Below the pieces are notes generated by a model that saw only the letters and a list, made by a program, of their open reading frames with translations, made no database searches and was not told the DNA's origin. This document shows positions 8,662 to 17,605 of a DNA stretch of 64,000 nt, piece after piece. The stretch is from assembly GCA_963837165.1 (NCBI GenBank), contig CAWIMD010000002.1, forward strand, positions 184,143 through 248,142. The letters are read 5' to 3'. A program made the position numbers and the translations under genes. The DNA is from Vicinamibacteria bacterium (GTDB lineage Bacteria; Acidobacteriota; Vicinamibacteria; Vicinamibacterales; JAENWD01). The stretch's first letter is position 1, and every line of letters starts with the position of its first letter.

Positions 8662-10764
8662 GTGTCGAAGACGGCCGAGGCCGACCTGCTCCAGACGCCG
8701 CTGCAGTATCTGAAGGGCGTCGGCCCGCGCAAGGCGGCCGACTTCGCCCGCGCCGGGCTCGTCACCGTCGAAGACCTGCTCTTCCGCTTCCCGCTCCGCT
8801 ACGAAGATCGCAGCCGCCTGCAGCCGATCGCGTCGCTGCGGGAAGGGCAGACGACCTCCGTGCTCGGGCAGGTGACGACCGCCGGGCTCCGGCCGACCCG
8901 GCGGCCCGGCCTGCGCATCTTCGAGGCGCTCATCCGCGACCAGTCCGGGACGCTGCGGGTCTCGTGGTTCAACGCCGCCTACCTGAAGGATCAGATCAAG
9001 CCCGGCCTGCGGCTCGTCGTCTACGGCACGTTCGAACGGAACCCGTGGGCGGGGCTGCAGATGACCAACCCGCAGTTCGAGGCCGTCGACGGCGACGAGG
9101 CCGAGACCCTGCACACGGGGCGCATCGTGCCGGTGTACGAGCGCGTGCGGTCGATCACGCCGAAGATGGAGCGGCGGTTCGTGGGCGACGTGCTCGCGCA
9201 ACTGCCGGCGGACCTGCCCGATCCGCTCCCGGCTCCGGTGCGCGCGGCGCTGGCCGTGCCCGCGCGGCGCGACGCGCTGGCCGCAACGCACTTCCCGCCG
9301 GCGGGCGAGTCGCTCGAGGTGCTGAACGCCTTTCGCACGCACGCGCAGCGACGGCTGATTCTCGAGGAGTTCTTCCGCTTCCAGGTGGGGCTGCTGCTGC
9401 GCCGGCGCGAGGCCGACGGCGAGCGCAAGGAGTTCGTGATCCGGGTGGACGATCGGGTGCGGCAGGCGCTGCGCGACGTCCTGCCGTTCCACCTGACGCC
9501 GGGCCAGCGCCGGGCGTTGAAGGAGATCGGCGAGGACATGCAGCGCCCCCGGCCCATGAACCGGCTGCTGCAGGGCGACGTCGGGTCGGGCAAGACGATC
9601 GTGGCCGTGCTGGCCGCGGTGCTCGCCATGGAGAACGGGCGGCAGGTGGCGTTCATGGCGCCGACCGAGATCCTCGCCGAGCAGCACTACCAGACCATCC
9701 GCGCGCTGGTGGCGTCGACCCGCTTCAAGGTCGCGCTGATGACGGGCGCCGGGCCGGCGGCCACGCGCCGCGCGCTGGTGGGACAGGTCGCTGCCGGGCA
9801 CATCGATCTCGTGGTCGGGACCCACGCCATCGTGCAGGAGCAGGTCGCGTTCAAGGCGCTCGGCCTGGCGGTGGTGGACGAGCAGCACCGGTTCGGCGTG
9901 CTGCAGCGCGCGACCCTCAGGGCCAAGGGGCTGCGGCCCGACATGCTGGTGATGACCGCGACGCCGATTCCCCGGACGCTGGCGCTTACGACCTACGGCG
10001 ATCTCGACGTGTCGAGCATTCGTGAGCTGCCGCCCGGCCGCCAGCCCATTCGCACGGTCGCGCGACCCGACTCCAAGCGCGACGAGGTGTACGCGCTCGT
10101 GCGCCGGGAGCTCGACGCCGGGCGTCAGGCGTACGTGGTGTACCCGATCATCGAGGAGTCGGAGAAAGTGGATCTCCGCGCGGCCACGGAGATGGCAGAC
10201 CACCTCTCGCACGAGATCTTCCCGGCGTACCGCGTGGCGCTGCTGCACGGGCGCATGAAGGCGCCGGGCAAGGACCGGGTCATGCGTGCCTTCGCGTCGG
10301 GCGAGATCCAGATCCTCGTCGCGACGACCGTGATCGAGGTCGGCGTGGACGTGCCGAATGCGTCCGTGATGCTCGTGGAGCATGCCGAGCGGTTCGGCCT
10401 GGCGCAGCTCCACCAGCTGCGCGGCCGCATCGGCCGCGGCGCCCACCCGTCGACCGCGGTGCTCGTGTATCAGTACCCGCTCAGCGAGCAGGCCGAAGAG
10501 CGGCTGAAGGTGATGACGCAGACGACCGACGGCTTCGTGATCGCGGAAAAGGATCTCGAGCTGCGGGGCTTCGGCGATCTCTCCGGGACCCGCCAGTCGG
10601 GCGTGCCGGCGCTCCGGCTCGGCGATCTCCGCCGCGATCACGGCCTGATGGTCGAGGCGCGTGAGGCAGCCGAGCGGTGGCTGGCCACCAGCCCGCCCCC
10701 TGCCGAGCTCGAGGCGATGCGGCGCGCCTGGGGCCAGCGCTTCGGCCTCGTGGACGTGGGGTGA
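8662..10764 (+). CDS. recG: ATP-dependent DNA helicase RecG
   Basis: 700-aa ORF. Wedge-domain N-terminus (LQYLKGVGPRKA), GDVGSGKT Walker A, a DEQHRFG box and QLHQLRGRIGRG. Confidence 0.95.
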   Translation: MSKTAEADLLQTPLQYLKGVGPRKAADFARAGLVTVEDLLFRFPLRYEDRSRLQPIASLREGQTTSVLGQVTTAGLRPTRRPGLRIFEALIRDQSGTLRVSWFNAAYLKDQIKPGLRLVVYGTFERNPWAGLQMTNPQFEAVDGDEAETLHTGRIVPVYERVRSITPKMERRFVGDVLAQLPADLPDPLPAPVRAALAVPARRDALAATHFPPAGESLEVLNAFRTHAQRRLILEEFFRFQVGLLLRRREADGERKEFVIRVDDRVRQALRDVLPFHLTPGQRRALKEIGEDMQRPRPMNRLLQGDVGSGKTIVAVLAAVLAMENGRQVAFMAPTEILAEQHYQTIRALVASTRFKVALMTGAGPAATRRALVGQVAAGHIDLVVGTHAIVQEQVAFKALGLAVVDEQHRFGVLQRATLRAKGLRPDMLVMTATPIPRTLALTTYGDLDVSSIRELPPGRQPIRTVARPDSKRDEVYALVRRELDAGRQAYVVYPIIEESEKVDLRAATEMADHLSHEIFPAYRVALLHGRMKAPGKDRVMRAFASGEIQILVATTVIEVGVDVPNASVMLVEHAERFGLAQLHQLRGRIGRGAHPSTAVLVYQYPLSEQAEERLKVMTQTTDGFVIAEKDLELRGFGDLSGTRQSGVPALRLGDLRRDHGLMVEAREAAERWLATSPPPAELEAMRRAWGQRFGLVDVG

Positions 10765-11342
10765 TGGCCAGGCCGGGGCTGCGGGTGATCGCCGGGACGC
10801 TGAAGGGCCGGCGGCTGGCCACGCCCGACTGGCCGGGCCTGCGGCCGACCTCGGACCGGCTGCGCGAGACGCTCTTCAACATCCTGGCGCCCCGCATTGC
10901 CGGGGCGCGCCTGCTCGACGCGTTCGCGGGGACGGGGGCCGTGGGGATCGAGGCCATCAGCCGCGGCGCCGGCTACGTGGCGTTCGCCGAGCGCGATCGG
11001 CGCGCGATCCAGCTCCTGACCGACAACCTGGCGCACTGCGGCGTGACGGGCGGCTATGCTATCATCCGCGTAGATCTCGGCCGGCGGCCGCTGGCGCTCG
11101 ACGCGGTCTTCGACCTCATCTTCCTCGACCCTCCGTACGAGACGAACCCGACTGGCGCACTCACGATCGTCGAGCCGGCCCTGGCGCCGGGTGGCCTGAT
11201 CGTGATCGAATACGCGCGGCGCCGCGGGGGACCGGCCGACGTGGCCGGCCTCGCACGCGTGCGGGAGGTCGCCTCCGGCGAGAGCGCGCTCGGGTTCTAT
11301 GCCCGGGCGGCGGTGGCCGTGGGGGCCGATCGGGATTCCTGA
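10764..11342 (+). CDS. rsmD: 16S rRNA (guanine966-N2)-methyltransferase RsmD
   Basis: MARPGLRVIAGTLKGRRL...RPTSDRLRETLFNIL...DAFAGTGAVGIEAISRGA...FLDPPY. The ATG overlaps the recG stop (GTGATGG). Confidence 0.85.
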   Translation: MARPGLRVIAGTLKGRRLATPDWPGLRPTSDRLRETLFNILAPRIAGARLLDAFAGTGAVGIEAISRGAGYVAFAERDRRAIQLLTDNLAHCGVTGGYAIIRVDLGRRPLALDAVFDLIFLDPPYETNPTGALTIVEPALAPGGLIVIEYARRRGGPADVAGLARVREVASGESALGFYARAAVAVGADRDS

Positions 11343-11355
11343 CGGGAGGCGCGCA

Positions 11356-11871
11356 GTGGCGGACGTGCAGAGCAGCGGGTCCCGCCTGGCGGTCTGCCCC
11401 GGGTCGTTCGATCCGTTGACGCTCGGGCACGTGGATCTCGTCGGCCGGGCGGCGCGGCTGTTCGACCGGGTCGTCGTCGCGATCCTGGCCAACGCCGAGA
11501 AGACGCCACTGCTGCCGCAGGACGAGCGGGTGCGCCTGGCACGCGAGGTGTTCGCCGATCTGCCGGGCGTCGAGGTCGCGACCTTCGACGGGCTGCTGGT
11601 GGACTTCGCCGCTTCGCGCGGGGCCGCGGCGGTCGTGCGCGGCCTCAGGAGCGCGGCGGACGTGGATTTCGAGTGGCCGATGACGATGATGAACCGGCAC
11701 CTGCGGCCGTCGCTGGACACGGTGTTCCTGCCGACCGCCGCCTCGCTCGGACATCTCAGCTCGCGGCTGGTGAAGGAAGTCTGGCGCCTCGGCGGCGACG
11801 TGCACGGTCTGGTGCCGCCGCCGGTCGAGGCGCGGTTGCGCGCGCTCCGGGCGGAGGCCCGGACGCGGTAA
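11356..11871 (+). CDS. coaD: Phosphopantetheine adenylyltransferase
   Basis: AVCPGSFDPLTLGHVDLVGRAARLFD... and ISSRLVKEV-type C-terminus (LSSRLVKEVWRLGGDV). GTG start at 11356. Confidence 0.88.
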   Translation: MADVQSSGSRLAVCPGSFDPLTLGHVDLVGRAARLFDRVVVAILANAEKTPLLPQDERVRLAREVFADLPGVEVATFDGLLVDFAASRGAAAVVRGLRSAADVDFEWPMTMMNRHLRPSLDTVFLPTAASLGHLSSRLVKEVWRLGGDVHGLVPPPVEARLRALRAEARTR

Positions 11872-11882
11872 GGAGCGGAGTC

Positions 11883-13094
11883 ATGCTGGCGGAACGGATG
11901 GGTCGGGTGTCGGCGTCGCCGACGCTCAAGGTGCTGGTCGAGGCCGAGAAGCTGAAGCAGCAGGGCGTGGACGTCGTGGAGTTCGGCGCGGGAGAGCCCG
12001 ATTTCCCGACGCCGGATCACGTCAAGGCGGCGGCGCGCACCGCGATCGACCAGAACTTCACCCGCTACACGCCCGCGTCCGGCACCGGCGAGCTCAAGCA
12101 GGCGATCGCCGACCGCTATCGGTCGATGTACGGCGTGGACTACAAGCCGAACGAGGTGATCGTCACCGCCGGCGGCAAGCAGGCGCTCTACAACGCGGCG
12201 CTGGCGCTGTTCGGACCCGGCGACGAGGTCATCACCCACGCGCCGTGCTGGCCGACGCTCATCGAGCAGGTGCGCCTGTCCGACGCGACGCCGGTGCTGG
12301 TGCGCACGCACCCGGAGGACGGGTTCACGATCCACGCCGATGCGATCCTGAACGCCGTGACGCCGGCCACGCGCGGCATCATCGTCAACTCTCCCTGCAA
12401 CCCGACCGGCGCGCTGATGGACGAGGTCCAGATGGCGCAGCTGGTGGACGGGGCCACCGGCCGTGACATCTGGGTGATCGTGGACCTCTGCTACGAGCAG
12501 CTCATCTACGAGCCGGTGCCGCACAATCTGCCGCGCCTGCTCGTCGAGCGCATGCGCGACCGCACGATTCTCTGCGGCTCGGCCTCGAAGTCGTACGCGA
12601 TGACGGGCTGGCGCTGCGGCTGGACGCTCGGCCCCGCCGAGGTCGTCGCGGCCTGCAACGCCATCCAGAGCCACTCCACGTCCAACGTGGCGTCGATCTC
12701 GCAGAAGGCGGCGCTGGCGGCCATCACCGGCCCGCAGCAGTGCGTGAGCGACATGCTGGCGGAGTACTGCACGCGCCGCGACGCGATCCACGGCTGGCTC
12801 ACCGCCGATCCGCGGATCAAGTGCGTGAAGCCGGCGGGCGCCTTCTACCTCTTCGTGGACATCTCGGCGTTGCTGTCGCCGGACGGCATCCGCACGTCGG
12901 CCGAGTTCGCCGAGCGCCTGCTGCACGAAGCGCACGTCGCGCTCACCGCGGGCGAGGGCTTCGAGGCGCCGGGCTTCCTGCGGATCTCGTACGCCACCTC
13001 GATGGATCGGCTGAAGGAAGGCACGCGGCGCATCCAGGCCTTCATCCAGAAGCTCGAGCAGGAAGGCAAGGTACCGTCGGTCGCCCAGGCCTGA
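11883..13094 (+). CDS. Class I pyridoxal-phosphate aminotransferase (aspartate aminotransferase-like)
   Basis: Track ORF 11673..13094, start ATG 11883. GEPDFPTPDHVKAAA, NSPCNPTGA and SASKSYAMTGWRCGW (PLP lysine). Confidence 0.88.
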   Translation: MLAERMGRVSASPTLKVLVEAEKLKQQGVDVVEFGAGEPDFPTPDHVKAAARTAIDQNFTRYTPASGTGELKQAIADRYRSMYGVDYKPNEVIVTAGGKQALYNAALALFGPGDEVITHAPCWPTLIEQVRLSDATPVLVRTHPEDGFTIHADAILNAVTPATRGIIVNSPCNPTGALMDEVQMAQLVDGATGRDIWVIVDLCYEQLIYEPVPHNLPRLLVERMRDRTILCGSASKSYAMTGWRCGWTLGPAEVVAACNAIQSHSTSNVASISQKAALAAITGPQQCVSDMLAEYCTRRDAIHGWLTADPRIKCVKPAGAFYLFVDISALLSPDGIRTSAEFAERLLHEAHVALTAGEGFEAPGFLRISYATSMDRLKEGTRRIQAFIQKLEQEGKVPSVAQA

Positions 13095-13102
13095 CGGCCC
13101 GG

Positions 13103-14485
13103 ATGCTGGCGCCGTCGTTCGCGCAATCACTCGAATCCATTGTCGGGGCCGCGCACGTCCGGCGCGATCCCGCCGACCTGATCGCCTACGGCACGGATGC
13201 CCTCCTGCGGGGGCATCCGGCGGACCTCGTCGTCCTGCCGGGCACGACCTCGGAAATTGCCGCCGTCGTGCGGCACTGCCACGAGCAGCGCGTCCCCCTG
13301 ACCGTGCGCGGCGCCGGCACCGGCTACTCCGGCGGGGCGGTTCCCGTCAGAGGCGGCATCGTCCTGAGCACGGAGCGGCTCGACCGGATTCTCGAGATCG
13401 ACCACGAGAACCTGCTGGCCGTGGTGCAGCCGGCCGTCATCACCGGCGATCTGCAGGCGGCCGTCGAGGCGAGGGGCCTGTTCTATCCTCCCGATCCACA
13501 AAGCCTGAAGGAATGCTCCATCGGCGGCAACGTCGCGGAGTGCGCCGGCGGTCCGCGCGCGTTCAAGTACGGCGTGACGAAGCGCTACGTCCTGGCGCTC
13601 GAAGCCGTGCTGCCGACGGGCGAGATCGTCCGCACCGGCTCGCGCGCCGTGAAGAACGTCGTCGGGTACGACCTGACGCAGCTGCTCGTCGGCTCGGAGG
13701 GGACGCTGGCGGTCATCACCGAGATCACGCTGCGGCTCGTGCCGAAGCCGCAAGCGGTGGCGACGCTGCGCGCGTGCTTCCCGTCGGTCGCCGGCGCGGC
13801 GCAGGCGGTCACGCACATCGTCCAACGAGGAGTCGTTCCGTCCACGCTGGAGCTGATGGATCGGGACTCGCTCGACACGGTGGCTGCCGTCGTGGGCGAT
13901 CGGCTGGCGCCCGAGGGGACGGGCGCCCTGCTGATCCTCGAGGTGGACGGTGTGCCATCCGCCGTGGCGGAAGAGTCGAGCCTGGTGGAAGCGGCCTGCC
14001 GGGACGCGGGCGCGCTCGAGGTGCTGCGCGCCGCGGACGCCGCCGATCGTGAAGCCCTGTGGCGCGTCCGCCGCGAGACGTCGTACGCGCTCCGCACGAT
14101 CGCACCGCTGAAGCTGAACAACGATGTCGTCGTGCCGCGCGGCCGCGTCCCGGAGCTGTTCGATCTCATCGAGGGCCTCGGTCGCGAGTACCGGCTCCGC
14201 ATCCCGTCGTTCGGCCATGCCGGCGACGGCAACATCCACGTCAACATCATGGTGGATCCCGACGACGCCGACGTGATGGCCCGGGCGCACCAGGCGATCG
14301 CGGATCTGTTTCGCGGGGTCGTCGCGCTCGGCGGGTCGATCAGCGGCGAGCACGGCATCGGCTTCGCGAAGGCGCCCTACATCGGCCTGGAACTGTCGCC
14401 CGACGTCCTCGCGCTCATGCGGCGGGTGAAGCAGGCCTTCGACCCGCACGGGATTCTGAATCCGGGGAAGATCTGGCCGAACTGA
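13103..14485 (+). CDS. FAD-linked oxidase (glycolate oxidase GlcD-like)
   Basis: Track ORF 12740..14485, start ATG 13103. FAD_binding_4-type VRGAGTGYSGGAVP and C-terminal GSISGEHGIGFAK...DPHGILNPGK. Confidence 0.85.
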   Translation: MLAPSFAQSLESIVGAAHVRRDPADLIAYGTDALLRGHPADLVVLPGTTSEIAAVVRHCHEQRVPLTVRGAGTGYSGGAVPVRGGIVLSTERLDRILEIDHENLLAVVQPAVITGDLQAAVEARGLFYPPDPQSLKECSIGGNVAECAGGPRAFKYGVTKRYVLALEAVLPTGEIVRTGSRAVKNVVGYDLTQLLVGSEGTLAVITEITLRLVPKPQAVATLRACFPSVAGAAQAVTHIVQRGVVPSTLELMDRDSLDTVAAVVGDRLAPEGTGALLILEVDGVPSAVAEESSLVEAACRDAGALEVLRAADAADREALWRVRRETSYALRTIAPLKLNNDVVVPRGRVPELFDLIEGLGREYRLRIPSFGHAGDGNIHVNIMVDPDDADVMARAHQAIADLFRGVVALGGSISGEHGIGFAKAPYIGLELSPDVLALMRRVKQAFDPHGILNPGKIWPN

Positions 14486-14541
14486 CCGGCTCGTGAGCTG
14501 CCGTCGGGTGCAGCTGCCGGCCGCTCAGCACGGCACCCAAG

Positions 14542-14919
14542 TCAAGCGCCGACGCCGACTCTCTTGCAGCGCACCCTCACATAAGGGTGGTCTCGCATCG
14601 TCAAATCAGTTAACGAGTGTCCGTCTTCGGACAGCCCAAAGCGCCGAGTCGAGTGCCAAACCTGTCCTTCGCCAGATGATTCAAGGTCGACCTCTATTAC
14701 CCTTTTGCTCAATACCTTCACGGCGAGGACTCGACCACGACTCGCATAGAAGTCGACTCGATCCGCGTGTATGGCGAGGCTCGACTCAGATGGAACGCCA
14801 CATTCGGCCTGACTGGCAGCCCATTTACCACGAAATCGATCCGGGACCGTCGCCTGGCCTCGAGCAAGGACCGGTATCGCAAGCAAAGACGCGGACACTA
14901 GCGACAGGCAGCGTCGCAC
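14542..14919 (-). CDS. Exported hypothetical protein (island cargo)
   Basis: 125-aa ORF with a signal-like N-terminus MRRCLSLVSASLLAIPVLARG. Lies in a visibly lower-GC stretch. No family recognised. Confidence 0.45.
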   Translation of the reverse strand: MRRCLSLVSASLLAIPVLARGQATVPDRFRGKWAASQAECGVPSESSLAIHADRVDFYASRGRVLAVKVLSKRVIEVDLESSGEGQVWHSTRRFGLSEDGHSLTDLTMRDHPYVRVRCKRVGVGA

Positions 14920-15019
14920 GTGACGCCTCCATGAGTGCGGCTAACGGTCGCGCTTCAGCCGCAGCGGCCGATGGTCGCGCCAGCCGCTGTCGGCTGCAAG
15001 GGCTCGTTGGGCGGCGTGT

Positions 15020-15232
15020 TCACACCGCTGGCGTGTCGCCTGGGCTCGCATGCCACAGGGCCGGGACCCACTCCGACTTCCGAAGCGAACGCAAGGCATC
15101 TTCCGCCGGCACGAGGTCTCCGCGGTTGGCTTCGGCGATTGACTCGAGCAGCTCAGCCTCGGCCGTGGCATCAAGGACGAAGCTCTCGTCGCCCTCGCGA
15201 GTCAGAACGGTCAAGGCCGTGCCCTCGGTCAC
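15020..15232 (-). CDS. Possible small antitoxin-like ORF (orphan)
   Basis: 3' part of track ORF 15020..15469, with a candidate GTG start (VTEGTALTVLTREGDESFVLD...LESIAEANRGDLVPAEDALRSLRK). It resembles Phd/RelB-type antitoxin tails. There is no partner toxin. Confidence 0.3.
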   Translation of the reverse strand: MTEGTALTVLTREGDESFVLDATAEAELLESIAEANRGDLVPAEDALRSLRKSEWVPALWHASPGDTPAV

Positions 15233-15774
15233 GGATATCTCCGAGTCGACTGAGCACGCCACCGGTCGGGATCGACGCCAGCGGCCAACAGCCAGAACGT
15301 GAGCATCCCCTCGCCGACCATTCCGGGCGCCATCGCCAGCGGGCCGAGCCGTTTCGCGAGCGGCGGGTGGACATAGGTGAGCCAGCCCAGTCCCGCGACG
15401 ACCAGCAGCACGCCAATCGCCCTGGGCAGGAAGGTGGCCTTCAGCGTGAGCCAGCCCAGGCCGATGCAATACGCGCCGAACAGCACGAGCGTGTTGATGG
15501 GGAACCTCACGACACCGACATCGCTGAGCACTCCGATGGTGAGCGCGGTGACGCTGAACAGCGCAGTCCCGAGCGATCCCGTCCGGCTCACCGGCTTGTA
15601 GAGGTGGTACAGCATCACTGTCACCACGTAATAGACTGCGGCGGCGACGAGGTTGGCTGCCAAGCGCGCGTCGCCTGACGTGCTGAGGCCGGCAATCCCG
15701 AAGACGAAGACCAGCAGGTAGAAGACGCCGGCGATCCGCGCGAATCGGCGCGGGTTGGTGTGGAGTAGGCTCAT
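15229..15774 (-). CDS. DUF4386-like integral membrane protein
   Basis: 3' part of track ORF 15229..16143, starting at ATG 15774 (MSLLHTNPRRFARIAGVFYLLVFVFGIAG...). About 5 TM helices. Confidence 0.65.
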   Translation of the reverse strand: MSLLHTNPRRFARIAGVFYLLVFVFGIAGLSTSGDARLAANLVAAAVYYVVTVMLYHLYKPVSRTGSLGTALFSVTALTIGVLSDVGVVRFPINTLVLFGAYCIGLGWLTLKATFLPRAIGVLLVVAGLGWLTYVHPPLAKRLGPLAMAPGMVGEGMLTFWLLAAGVDPDRWRAQSTRRYP

Positions 15775-16143
15775 GTCCGGCCTCTGCTCATCGCGTTCGT
15801 TTCCGGAAGACGGTTGCGCGGCACGCACAACGCTCGCGGCTGACTCGAGTTGCCCTGGCTCAGGGCTGCCCGATAACCCTCGCCCAAGATCACGACGCTC
15901 AGCTTTCCGTTCGAGTACCAGACTTGAAACTGTCTGGCCGACCGATGGGCGGGATCGGACATGCGATGGAAGCCGAGATCGAGCAGGAAGACGGCATTTG
16001 AATACATCCAAGTTCGCGGCCACGATGTTCTCGTCCTCGAGACGCGCATCAGGACCGGCAGCCTGGAGCGCCGAAACGGCCAGTTGCGCCTCAACGAGCT
16101 GCGAGAACCTCCGAACCACTACACGCCCGGGCCCCTCGCTCAT
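15771..16143 (-). pseudogene. DUF2007-like (putative signal-transducing) gene, frameshifted
   Basis: Frame 1 reads RVVVRRFSQLVEAQLAVSALQAAGPDARLEDENIVAAN. The conserved continuation WMYSNA... is in the next frame, after an extra T at AAC-T-TGG near 16008. Downstream similarity is poor. Confidence 0.4.
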
Positions 16144-16258
16144 CTCGGCCTAACGACCTGCGGCTCACGTGCGGCGGCCGCACGACGATGATTCAAGCGG
16201 GAGGTTACCACCACGGCCGCCGTCACGTGCAGCCGCTTGTCAGACCGCGTGGGTTCGT

Positions 16259-16279
16259 AGTATGATGTTTTGTCATACT
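16259..16279 (+). promoter_or_regulatory. Perfect 7-bp inverted repeat AGTATGA-N7-TCATACT just upstream of mazE (candidate TA operator)
   Basis: Read directly. It ends 3 nt before the mazE ATG. Confidence 0.4.
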
Positions 16280-16282
16280 GCC

Positions 16283-16525
16283 ATGCCTAAAACCAAGGTC
16301 GCCCTCACCATTGACGCCGCCTTGCTGGAGCGCGTTGACCACCTGGTGGCACGCGCGCGTTTCCGGAACCGAAGCCAGGCGATTGAAACCGCACTCGCCG
16401 AGAAGCTGGCACGCTTGGCCCGGACGCGGCTGGCCGAAGAGTGCGCCAAGCTCGATCCGGCCGAGGAACGGCAGCTCGCGGAGGAAGGTCTCGCGGCGGC
16501 CGGCGACACATGGCCCGAATACTGA
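16283..16525 (+). CDS. mazE: Ribbon-helix-helix antitoxin (MazE/CopG-like)
   Basis: MPKTKVALTIDAALLERVDHLVARARFRNRSQAIETALAEKL. The 3' end overlaps the mazF start by 16 nt. Confidence 0.75.
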   Translation: MPKTKVALTIDAALLERVDHLVARARFRNRSQAIETALAEKLARLARTRLAEECAKLDPAEERQLAEEGLAAAGDTWPEY

Positions 16526-16845
16526 GAGGCGAGATTCGCTGGGCCGATCTCAACCCGGTGCGCGGCCACGAGCAGGCTGGGGAGCGCCCGGTGTTGGTCC
16601 TGAGCAACGACGTCTTCAACGATCGTTCGGGCACCGTGATCGCATTGGCGCTGACCAGCCAGGAGCCACGGGCCGGTTACCCTCTCACGCTCGAGCTCAC
16701 GGCCGCCCGATTGCCGAAACGATCGTGGGTGAAGGTCAGCCAGATTCGCACGCTCTCGACGGAGCGAATCGGCAAACGATTGGGCCGGGCCTCGGACGAG
16801 GAACTCGGCAAGGTGCTCGACGGACTCCTCGAAATAGTCGGGTAG
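16510..16845 (+). CDS. mazF: MazF/PemK-family endoribonuclease toxin
   Basis: MARILRGEIRWADLNPVRGHEQAGERPVLVLSNDVFN...VIALALTSQ...SWVKVSQIRTLSTERIGKRLG. Confidence 0.9.
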   Translation: MARILRGEIRWADLNPVRGHEQAGERPVLVLSNDVFNDRSGTVIALALTSQEPRAGYPLTLELTAARLPKRSWVKVSQIRTLSTERIGKRLGRASDEELGKVLDGLLEIVG

Positions 16846-16946
16846 ATTCTCGAGCAGCGGTCTGACACGCCAAATCAGCCGCGCACCGTGGTGACATGAT
16901 GGCGCGAGACGATCGGCGCGTCGGCTCCAGTTGGAGGTTGGATTAG

Positions 16947-17471
16947 TTAGGTATCTCGATTCGTACGGGTCGAACGTAAGTCCGATCGCTTCACCCCGGT
17001 TCGACGTTCGATCTGTACAACGATCCGGTCGAGCGCTGCCCTTGACATGCGCCGCAACAGAGGAACTCGTTCAACGACCCACGAAGGATACGGCGCCAAG
17101 TTGTAGTAAGACCATATGAAGAGTCGGCCTGCTGTGGACCGCCGGAGAATCTTGTCTCGAAACGCGCGTAGCAGCTGAACCTCGATTAGATCCTCGTCTC
17201 CGTAGGCTGCCGTCGCTACGAAGCACCCCTTGCGAAAGATCACTTTCTTGCAAGCCGGGCATGTCCAGCGCTCGCGACTTCCGACCGAGCAACTTCCGCC
17301 GCCTACGCTGGTTACGATCGGCGTAATCGTCTTGCCGCATTTCGGGCACTTTGTCCCCTCGGCAGTCGCCGCCAGCCGCGGCGGCGCAGCCATCGGTCGG
17401 CCACAGTGAGGACATGCTGGAGCGCGATCGCTGATCTCCTTTCCGCAATCCGGACACTGTGTCAGCGCCAT
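16947..17471 (-). CDS. Zinc-ribbon protein with a C-terminal CFVATAAYG-type domain
   Basis: Three CxxC pairs (CPDCG...CPHCG, CPKCG, CPACK), then GCFVATAAYGDEDLIEVQLLRAFRDKIL...YYNLAPYPS. Lower-GC region. Confidence 0.55.
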   Translation of the reverse strand: MALTQCPDCGKEISDRAPACPHCGRPMAAPPRLAATAEGTKCPKCGKTITPIVTSVGGGSCSVGSRERWTCPACKKVIFRKGCFVATAAYGDEDLIEVQLLRAFRDKILRRSTAGRLFIWSYYNLAPYPSWVVERVPLLRRMSRAALDRIVVQIERRTGVKRSDLRSTRTNRDT

Positions 17472-17605
17472 CGACGGTCCTTTTGGTTCCGGTATCAGAG
17501 TATGCCCAACGTCCGCGGCGCACCGCGGCGCGTCACCGGTCTCGATGCCGCGCCGTCGGCTGCAGCCGCTTGTTAGCGGCCCACGCGGTATAGGCCGGGG
17601 ACATA

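Noticed and set aside
8530-13130. Two long minus-strand ORFs (8530..10641, 703 aa; 10638..13130, 830 aa)
   Set aside because: They are antisense to recG, rsmD, coaD and the aminotransferase. No domains, extreme Arg/Ala/Gly/His content.
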